This document shows positions 56,876 through 64,000 of a stretch of DNA of 64,000 nucleotides, piece after piece; positions within the stretch are counted from its first letter, which is position 1; every line of letters begins with the position of its first letter. A program made the translations under genes and the position numbers. The notes under the pieces are model-generated. The model searched no databases and had not been told where the DNA came from. It was given only the letters and a program-made list of their open reading frames with translations. Source of the DNA: Candidatus Bathyarchaeota archaeon (GTDB lineage: Archaea > Thermoproteota > Bathyarchaeia > TCS64); assembly GCA_963769425.1 (NCBI GenBank), contig CAVYLP010000006.1, positions 128,001-192,000 of the forward strand, written 5' to 3'.

Positions 56876-57526
56876 TTGCCTCAGATCATCAACCTCGCCA
56901 ACGACACCCCGACCCTACGCGGCGTCAACATGATTGTGGGGGATGGGTTATGCAGCAACATATACGTCGTCGGCAGGGAGAGAGCGACCATAATCGACAC
57001 GGGTGTTGGGAACCGCCAGAACCCAGTCTGGCCCCAGCTCAGGGAACTTGGTGTGGAGCCGGGAAACGTAGAGAAGATCATAATCACACACGCACACCAC
57101 GACCATGCAATGGGAACCTTCCTAATCCTCGAGAAGGCGAAGCCCAAGGTCTACGTCCACGAGGCCGACGCTGGCTTCATAGCGTCCAGCCTCGGCGACT
57201 CCCTCGTGAAGGTGAGGGAGGGGGACGTCATCGAGACGGAGCTGTGGCCCCTTGAGGTTATCTGGACCCCCGGCCATACTGGGGGCGGGATGTGCCTCTA
57301 CGCGAGGGATCGGAGGATACTCTTCTCCGGGGACACGGCCTTCCCCGACGGCTACTTCGGCAGGTTCGACGGCGAGTCGGGGAGCCTCGACAATCTCGTC
57401 GAGTCGCTGAGGAAGCTGACGAAGCTCAGGGTGGATGTCATGTTGGCGGGCCACGGCGTCCCCGTGCTGAGGGGGGCGGAGGAGAACCTGAAGCTGGCGC
57501 TCAGAAACGCGGAACTTTACGCTTAA
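56876..57526 (+). CDS. MBL-fold metallohydrolase (glyoxalase II-like)
   Basis: IDTG, THAHHDH, TPGHT, SGD, GHG. Confidence 0.9.
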   Translation: MPQIINLANDTPTLRGVNMIVGDGLCSNIYVVGRERATIIDTGVGNRQNPVWPQLRELGVEPGNVEKIIITHAHHDHAMGTFLILEKAKPKVYVHEADAGFIASSLGDSLVKVREGDVIETELWPLEVIWTPGHTGGGMCLYARDRRILFSGDTAFPDGYFGRFDGESGSLDNLVESLRKLTKLRVDVMLAGHGVPVLRGAEENLKLALRNAELYA

Positions 57527-58416
57527 CCGAGCGGCCTTGTCTTGACTAGATGGGTGTACTGGTAGCTTATCGCTGAGTCGGCCCTGAAGAACATGCCGTC
57601 TGAGTCAGTGATCTTCGCGTCCGCCACGATCCTCAGCGCCGTGGAGTACCGGACCTCGACCCACGTCCTCAGGAGAGGGCTCCCGCTCTGCGGTATGGTG
57701 GGTATCTTAACCGTGTACTTCACGCTGTGTGTGGTGTAGGTGTAGTTTTTAGGGTAGAGTTCTTGCCAGATGGCCTGATATTGGGGTGGGTCGCAGACGG
57801 CCGTCGGAGATGTTGAGACGTCGCTGATGTCAGATACTGTGATCAACCACGTGTAGATGCCGATCTGGGTGACGTTGCCGTTACGGCTCACGCTAAAGGG
57901 GGATATGGTGACGTTGACGTCGGTGTTGTCTCCCCAGTAGATGTTCGAGGGGGTCACTGTCGTCTCCGGCGACTGACCCGGGTAGAAGACGCCCTCGACT
58001 GGGTCCATCTTGAAAGCCGCCTGCCCCGCCACCTTGTCGCTCGTCTTCAGGCCCGTGGCCACGACCGTGATGTTGCCTGTGTCGGGGTCGTAGGTCACCT
58101 GTATGTTGGTGGTGTCCTGCTGGACGGGTATCTCGGTTAGGTGTGGCTGAGCCTTGTCGTGCACGGTCACCTTGGGCGTGTCCTCCACGGCGTATATACC
58201 GTAGTCGATGAGGTACCTTGTCTCGGTCACGTTGCCAGTCTTGTTCGTCCAGTAGGATTCGCTACGGCTGACGTTCACGTAGCCCACGGGCGTGTTTGTG
58301 ACGGGGGAGGGGGAGGGGCGGAAGAGCACGGCTGCGACGCTGACCGTGAAGAGTGCTATGAAGACGATGGCTATGATGACCTTTTTGTTGATCTTTTTCC
58401 TCGACTTCTCCGGCAA
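57523..58416 (-). CDS. Membrane-anchored, beta-rich extracellular hypothetical protein
   Basis: Basic N-terminus plus TM helix; Thr/Pro-rich with many NxS/T sequons. Confidence 0.7.
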   Translation of the reverse strand: MPEKSRKKINKKVIIAIVFIALFTVSVAAVLFRPSPSPVTNTPVGYVNVSRSESYWTNKTGNVTETRYLIDYGIYAVEDTPKVTVHDKAQPHLTEIPVQQDTTNIQVTYDPDTGNITVVATGLKTSDKVAGQAAFKMDPVEGVFYPGQSPETTVTPSNIYWGDNTDVNVTISPFSVSRNGNVTQIGIYTWLITVSDISDVSTSPTAVCDPPQYQAIWQELYPKNYTYTTHSVKYTVKIPTIPQSGSPLLRTWVEVRYSTALRIVADAKITDSDGMFFRADSAISYQYTHLVKTRPLG

Positions 58417-58516
58417 GGCTATCAGAGCAGCTTCGGGTTGGTCGCTGATAAGGCTTATTCAGGATCAGTCCCAAATCCCTTAAGCGCGCTCAGCCCTCCT
58501 ACGTATTCGACAATTC

Positions 58517-59545
58517 ATGGTCGAGAAGAATCTGGATTTTAGAAGCGACACGGTGACGTGGCCGACGCCCGAGATGAGGGAGGCGGCGTTCAAGGCGAAG
58601 GTCGGGGACGACGTCATGGGAGACGACCCGACGGTGAACGAGCTGGAGAGGATCGCGGCCGAGATCACGGGTAAGGAGGCAGCGCTCTTCGTCACCAGCG
58701 GCACTATGGGGAACGCGGTCAGCGTCCTCGCCCACACGCAGCGCGGCGACGAGATAATCCTCGAGAAGACTAGCCACATATTCGTGAACGAGGTTGGAGG
58801 CCTCGCCGTCATGGGGCAACTCATGGCGCGCACCGTCCCCGGCGAACTCGGCTGGATGAAGCCCGAGGACATCGAGAAGGCGATCAGGCCGGAGAACATC
58901 CACTACCCGCCGACGCGACTCGTCTGCATCGAGAACACACATAACTCGGCGGGAGGCATCGCGCTCACCCCGAAGCAGATGAAGGCAGACTGGGATGTGG
59001 CTAAGAAGCATGGCCTCGCCGTCCACATGGACGGGGCGAGGGTCTTCAACGCATCAGTCGCCCTAGGCGTCGACGTCAAGGAGCTGACGAGGTACGCGGA
59101 CACTGTCCAGATATGCCTGAGCAAAGGCTTGAGTGCCCCGGTGGGCAGCGTAGTCGTCGGCCCAGCCGAGGTCGTGAAGAGGGCTAGGAAGTACAGGAAG
59201 ATGCTCGGTGGAGGCATGAGGCAAGCGGGCATAATCGCGGCTCCCGGCATCATAGCCATCACCAAGATGGTCGATAGGCTCAAGGACGACCATGACAATG
59301 CCAAGCTCCTCTCTGAGGGGCTCGGGAAGCTGGGCATCAAGGTCGTGAACCAGGTCCAGACGAACATGGTCTACATCGACTACACGCCCATTGGGTGGAA
59401 GGACGCCGACTGGAACAAGGCGACGAAGAAGATCGGCTGGAAGAGCGAAGGGCACGGCGGCGGTACGCGCCTCTGCACCCACTACGGCATCGAAAGCGAG
59501 GACATAAAGGCATTCGTCGACGGCCTCGCAAAGCAGATCAAGTAG
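58517..59545 (+). CDS. ltaE: Low-specificity L-threonine aldolase
   Basis: [47 protein letters not shown]. Confidence 0.94.
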   Translation: MVEKNLDFRSDTVTWPTPEMREAAFKAKVGDDVMGDDPTVNELERIAAEITGKEAALFVTSGTMGNAVSVLAHTQRGDEIILEKTSHIFVNEVGGLAVMGQLMARTVPGELGWMKPEDIEKAIRPENIHYPPTRLVCIENTHNSAGGIALTPKQMKADWDVAKKHGLAVHMDGARVFNASVALGVDVKELTRYADTVQICLSKGLSAPVGSVVVGPAEVVKRARKYRKMLGGGMRQAGIIAAPGIIAITKMVDRLKDDHDNAKLLSEGLGKLGIKVVNQVQTNMVYIDYTPIGWKDADWNKATKKIGWKSEGHGGGTRLCTHYGIESEDIKAFVDGLAKQIK

Positions 59546-59583
59546 CCAACCCTTTTTTACAACCTCCGCCCGCTTCCTTCTCT

Positions 59584-60627
59584 ATGATTATAACCGAGGC
59601 CCAGGGGCTCAGGGAGCTCGGGACCCAGATATTCGTCGCCCTCGGGGCTCCGAAGGCGAAGGCGGAGTTCGTCGTCGAGACGCTCGTTGAGGCTAACCTC
59701 TGCGGGCACGACAGCCACGGCGTCTACTACTTCCCCGTCTACGGGGAGAGGATCAAGGTCGGACACATCCACCCGAAGGAGAACCCGAGGATAGTGAAGG
59801 AGACGCCTTCCTCCGCTTACCTAGATGGGCGGTGGGGCTTCGGCCAGATCGCGGCAAAGAAGATGATAGAGGTAGCCGTCGAGAAGGCGAAGACGAGCAT
59901 GGTCGCCGCAGTCGGAGGCTATAACATCAACCACATCGGCCGCCTCGGCTACTACACGACTTGGGCGACTGAGCAGGACATGGTGGGGATGATGTTCGCG
60001 AACGTCGGCAACCCGCTAGTGTCGCCGTTCCACGGGACGGGGAGGACATTCGGCACAAACCCGGCCAGTATAAGCACCCCCACCGCCACGGGGGAGAACT
60101 TCCTCATGGATTACGCCACGAGCCTAGCCGCGGCGGGGAAGCTCAGCGTGGCAAGGGCCAAGCACGTCAAGGTTCCCAGCCACTGGATCAGGGACAAGAA
60201 CGGCAACCCAACCGACGACCCCAACGCCTTCTACGACGGTGGCTACCTCGTCGGCTTCGGCGAGCACAAGGGCTACGGCGTCCAGATGGCGTCGGAGCTA
60301 CTCGGCGCCGCCCTCACGGGTAGCAGGACGAGCATGGACGACAGCCAGAACCCCCCGAGCCCCAACGGCGTCTTCTGCATAGCCATAAACCCCGAGGCGT
60401 TCGTCGGCCTACAGGCATTCAAGGAGAAGTCCACCGAGGTCATCAAGATAGTGAAGTCCCGGAAGCCGGAGAAGGGGCAGCAGGTGCTCGTCCCCGGGGA
60501 CCCGGAGAGGATAAGCAAGGCACAGAAGCTGCGCGACGGCATACAGCTCCCTGAGGACACCTGGGATCAGATCACGAAGATCAGCAATGAGCTCGGTATC
60601 GACGCGAAGATCGCCCTCAAGGCGTAG
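59584..60627 (+). CDS. Ldh2/Mdh2 (ComC/AllD-like) 2-hydroxyacid dehydrogenase
   Basis: GHDSHG, NHIGRLG, GTNP, DYATS, HKGYG. Confidence 0.9.
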   Translation: MIITEAQGLRELGTQIFVALGAPKAKAEFVVETLVEANLCGHDSHGVYYFPVYGERIKVGHIHPKENPRIVKETPSSAYLDGRWGFGQIAAKKMIEVAVEKAKTSMVAAVGGYNINHIGRLGYYTTWATEQDMVGMMFANVGNPLVSPFHGTGRTFGTNPASISTPTATGENFLMDYATSLAAAGKLSVARAKHVKVPSHWIRDKNGNPTDDPNAFYDGGYLVGFGEHKGYGVQMASELLGAALTGSRTSMDDSQNPPSPNGVFCIAINPEAFVGLQAFKEKSTEVIKIVKSRKPEKGQQVLVPGDPERISKAQKLRDGIQLPEDTWDQITKISNELGIDAKIALKA

Positions 60628-61627
60628 AATATATCCACTCTTCCCACGCTGGAGAGACTGTCACGTTTTTACTCAGGAGCCCCATCGAGGTGAAGGGCTC
60701 AGCTACGTCTTGGTCATATAGGAAACTCCAGATTAGGAGCTCCGGTTTCAGAGGCGCCGTCGCTTCCTCGTAGAGCTTGATGAATCTCGCTTCTTCTTCG
60801 CTACTGCTCTTCCACCCACTCGGTCCGGCTCTGAACCACCCCGCCTCCGTGAAGGCGACGGGTTTGGTGGTATGCTGGGTGATCTCCGAGTAGTAGTCGG
60901 CTGGGATGTCAGATGGGTCGCTGTAGACTATGCAGGGATAGGTCGTGAAGGCGAGGAGGTCGGCGTCTGGGAAGTCGCCGAGGAGCGCCCAGTCGTTCAC
61001 CGTTGGATCGTTGACGCCCCCGTAGAGGCCGCCCCTGAGCCCACGCAGCCGCTCAAGCTGGAAGACGGTGAAGACTCTCGTATCGGGGGACGTCTGCTTG
61101 ACTACCTTGGCGATCTCGGCGAAGAACGTCTTGAATGTGGCGTAGTCGGCGGGGCTGGTCTCGTGTAGGGCGTTGACCTCGATGCCGAAGCCGATGTACT
61201 CGGGCTTGTACGCCTTGACGAAGCTGACTGCCCCCGCCTTGTAGGCCTGTTTTACCGAGTCGTTCAGTGGCCTGAGTAGTTTGCCCGTGGACTGGGTGAA
61301 GAACTGGGCGATGATGACGGGTTTGAGGCCGTTGGCGGAGGCTAGTTGCGCGACGACGTTGGGTGTCCCCTTCGGGTCGGATAGCTCAGCCCAGTCTCCG
61401 GACCACGTGACGACGTCCCCAGCCTGCTTCGCCGTGGTGAAGAAGTCGGTGAAGTTGCTGCCAACGTAGCTCCGGGGGGAGAGGCTCACGCCCCTGAGTG
61501 TCTTCGGTGGGGGCGTTGTCGTCGCGTTCGTGGTTTGCGGGGGCGCGGCGGGTCGATTCAGAAGTATTATGGCTGCGGCTCCGATGACGAGGACGGTGAG
61601 GGCTGCGGCGAGGATGCTCCTCTTCAT
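60617..61627 (-). CDS. Secreted glycoside-hydrolase-like TIM-barrel protein
   Basis: Signal/TM segment, P/T linker, GIEVN and FTEAGW candidate catalytic glutamates (clan GH-A pattern). Confidence 0.65.
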   Translation of the reverse strand: MKRSILAAALTVLVIGAAAIILLNRPAAPPQTTNATTTPPPKTLRGVSLSPRSYVGSNFTDFFTTAKQAGDVVTWSGDWAELSDPKGTPNVVAQLASANGLKPVIIAQFFTQSTGKLLRPLNDSVKQAYKAGAVSFVKAYKPEYIGFGIEVNALHETSPADYATFKTFFAEIAKVVKQTSPDTRVFTVFQLERLRGLRGGLYGGVNDPTVNDWALLGDFPDADLLAFTTYPCIVYSDPSDIPADYYSEITQHTTKPVAFTEAGWFRAGPSGWKSSSEEEARFIKLYEEATAPLKPELLIWSFLYDQDVAEPFTSMGLLSKNVTVSPAWEEWIYSTP

Positions 61628-61707
61628 CCAGAAAGCTTCACGGTCCGGCAGTTTATGGTTTCGCATAGGGGGACACGGTTAAAAGGGGTCCCGCGCCCTC
61701 ATCCGCC

Positions 61708-62892
61708 ATGGGCTTCTGGTTCCCCGTCGAGGAGGTGGAGGAGGGCGCGGCGAAGCTGCTCGTCCCCACCATCAAGAGGAGGGAGGGGGAGCCGCTCGAC
61801 CACGCCAGAAGCAGGGCCGCCGTCTTCTACAACCCGCTGATGAGGCTCAACCGGGACACGGCGGTCCTCGCCGTCTCCGTTCTGGGGGATAGGCTTGGGA
61901 GGCCTTTGGATGTCTGTGAGCCCATGTGTGGAGTCGGTGTCCGGGGGATACGCCTCGCACTCGAGGCGGGGGCGGGGAGGGTCACCATGGGGGACCTCAA
62001 CCCGAGTGGGGTCCAGATATCCGAGGAGAACACCCGCCGCAACGGGGTCTCGGACAGGGTGACCGTCCGGTTTATGGACGCGAACCTCATGCTCAACCTC
62101 CACAGCAGCCCGATGAATAGGCTCGACTACGTTGACATAGACCCCTTCGGCTCTCCCTCGGAGTTTCTCGACTCGACCGTGCGGGCGACGAGGGATGGTG
62201 GGATAATAGCTCTCACCGCGACGGATATGGCCCCCCTCTGCGGTGTGAGCCCAACGGCTTGCCTTCGAAAATACGGGGGGAAGCCGCTGAGGACGGTCTA
62301 CACACATGAGGTTGCTCTCCGCCTCCTAGTCGGGGCCGCCGTCAAGGCTGCCGCGATCCATGAGATGGGCGTCAGACCCCTTTTCGGCTACTACGCAGAC
62401 CACTACGTCCGCGTCTACCTCAGTCTCGAACACAGTGCGAAGCCCGCGGACGCTGCCCTCGCCGAGATGGGCTACATTGTCCACTGCCCCCGTTGCTTCC
62501 ACAGGGAGGCGGTGAAGGGCCCCTACCTCAAGGCGTCTAGGAACTGCCCCGTCTGCGGGGGCCAGATGCTCGTTGGTGGCCCCATGTGGCTCGGGGACTT
62601 CGCCGACGAGTCATTCACGGGGGAGATGCTTGGGAGGGCGGTGAGGATCGGTGGCTGGGAGCCCCGACTCATCCACCTCGTCGAGACGATCCGAGGCGAG
62701 ATAGGGTTCCCCCCGACCTACTTCCACCTCGATGAGTTCAGCAAGCGCGCCGGGGTGTCCAGTCTTAACCTTGAGGATATCATAGGGAAGCTCGTTGCCG
62801 CCGGCTTCAGGGTGGTGCGCACCCACTTCGACCCCAGGGGCATCAGGACCACCGCAAGCGCCCAGGATTTGGCAAACGTTATTAAAGGATAA
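61708..62892 (+). CDS. trm1: tRNA (guanine26-N2)-dimethyltransferase
   Basis: VFYNP.M..NRD, GVRGIR, DIDPFGSP, TATD, GPMWLG, RTHF. Confidence 0.95.
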   Translation: MGFWFPVEEVEEGAAKLLVPTIKRREGEPLDHARSRAAVFYNPLMRLNRDTAVLAVSVLGDRLGRPLDVCEPMCGVGVRGIRLALEAGAGRVTMGDLNPSGVQISEENTRRNGVSDRVTVRFMDANLMLNLHSSPMNRLDYVDIDPFGSPSEFLDSTVRATRDGGIIALTATDMAPLCGVSPTACLRKYGGKPLRTVYTHEVALRLLVGAAVKAAAIHEMGVRPLFGYYADHYVRVYLSLEHSAKPADAALAEMGYIVHCPRCFHREAVKGPYLKASRNCPVCGGQMLVGGPMWLGDFADESFTGEMLGRAVRIGGWEPRLIHLVETIRGEIGFPPTYFHLDEFSKRAGVSSLNLEDIIGKLVAAGFRVVRTHFDPRGIRTTASAQDLANVIKG

Positions 62893-62916
62893 CCCCGCGA
62901 AGGGATCGGAAAACCC

Positions 62917-63663
62917 ATGCCCAGCAGATGGCTCCACGAGCGCAAGACCGAACACTACTACAACAAGGCCAAGGTAGAGGGCTATAGGAGCAGGGCGAGC
63001 TACAAGCTCAAGCAGCTCAACGATGAGTACAAGTTCTTCGAGGGGGCGAAGCGTGTCCTCGACCTCGGCGCCGCCCCAGGGGGCTGGCTGCAGGTCGCGG
63101 GCGAATCCATCGAGGGCGGCCTGGTCCTCGGCGTCGACCTGAAGGAGATAGACGACCTCTACATGGAGAACGTCGAGACGATCGTCGGCGACGTTAGGGA
63201 CCCGGCGGTGCAGGAGGGCATCCTAGCCAGGTTCCAGGGCGAGAAGGCGGACGTCGTCATGAGTGACATGGCGCAGAATGTCATGGGTGTCTGGGAGGTC
63301 GACGACCTACGCCAGATACACCTTGCACGCATGGCGCTTAGCATCGCTGATAGGCTCCTCAAGGACGACGGCTGGATGATAGTCAAGGTCTTCCAGGGGA
63401 AGGAGCACGAGGCATTCATCAGGGAGATGAGGGCGATGTTTGAGCAGGTCTTCATCGTTAAGCCGCTGGCCTCCCGGAAGGGGAGCGCCGAGGTCTACGT
63501 CGTCGCCAAGAATCTTCGCAAGGATAGGGTCCTCCCCGAGAGCCTCAATGCGGAGGGGAAACCTCAGCCGATCGTCGAAGAGGAGCAGGAGGAGGGACCT
63601 CTCCCCGGTGAGAACCTCCCCGACTACGGGGAACCCGAAGAATACGGGAAGAAGAAGCCCTAG
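62917..63663 (+). CDS. rlmE: 23S rRNA Um2552 2'-O-methyltransferase
   Basis: YRSRASYKL, DLGAAPGGW, SDMA, KVFQG, KPLASR..SAE. Confidence 0.95.
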   Translation: MPSRWLHERKTEHYYNKAKVEGYRSRASYKLKQLNDEYKFFEGAKRVLDLGAAPGGWLQVAGESIEGGLVLGVDLKEIDDLYMENVETIVGDVRDPAVQEGILARFQGEKADVVMSDMAQNVMGVWEVDDLRQIHLARMALSIADRLLKDDGWMIVKVFQGKEHEAFIREMRAMFEQVFIVKPLASRKGSAEVYVVAKNLRKDRVLPESLNAEGKPQPIVEEEQEEGPLPGENLPDYGEPEEYGKKKP

Positions 63664-64000
63664 CTGAGCAGCTCGGCTAGGACATGGGCTACCATCGTGT
63701 TCGCCTGAACAACCGGCTTCCCCGTCTTCGCCGCGACCTTCTTACGGATATCTGTCGGGAACCCGAAGCAGTTCAGGAGGATGAGGTCTAGGTTCTGGGC
63801 GGCTAAGCGGTTGCAGAGCCCCTCGACGTCCTTGGGTTCGTAGGGGCTTACGGTGTCGCTGTAGACCTTTACTCCGGGGCGGCTCCAGTCCTTCTCACCC
63901 ATTGGTATCTGCTCCGCCGTCGGGTAGACGACGCCGAGCTTACCCTCCTTGAGGCAGCCCTCGAGGACGCCCTTCAGTATCTCCATCGGGGTGACGACGA
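63660..64000 (-). CDS. AroM-family-like protein, 5' truncated by the window edge
   Basis: Frame stays open to the window end; LGVVYP..EQ, SPY, LILLNCFGF, TGKPV pattern. Confidence 0.55.
   Translation of the reverse strand, partial: VVTPMEILKGVLEGCLKEGKLGVVYPTAEQIPMGEKDWSRPGVKVYSDTVSPYEPKDVEGLCNRLAAQNLDLILLNCFGFPTDIRKKVAAKTGKPVVQANTMVAHVLAELLS

Overview
Archaeal chromosomal segment. It is GC-rich and carries trm1, rlmE, scpB, purD, two tRNA-Ala genes with encoded CCA, TATA-box promoters and many TTG/GTG starts. The gene content suggests a Bathyarchaeia-like anaerobic heterotroph, which is an inference. Most of the window is scavenging metabolism: peptidases and amidohydrolases, galK/galM, a xanthine-dehydrogenase-family Mo enzyme, MFS/ABC transporters, and a corrinoid methyl-transfer pair. 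Five observations stand out. (1) A translationally coupled hdrC-hdrB-fdh operon has no hdrA, mvhD or fdhB and lies near a formate channel gene. (2) A glycerate-kinase-like plus enolase-like pair directly downstream of tRNA-Ala(UGC) has lost canonical catalytic motifs in both enzymes. (3) A ~1.95 kb integrase-less islet in tRNA-Ala(GGC) is bounded by a 14-bp duplication of the tRNA 3' end and has internal degenerate repeats around a CPBP/Abi protease gene. (4) The conserved N-terminus of a LOR/SDH (ornithine cyclodeaminase-type) gene has no in-frame start and sits behind two tandem, coupled mini-ORFs and a T5 run. (5) A core methionine synthase abuts a corrinoid protein plus UroD-family methyltransferase. 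I saw no CRISPR array, rRNA, integrase or transposase. All product calls come from motif recognition by eye, not from database searches.
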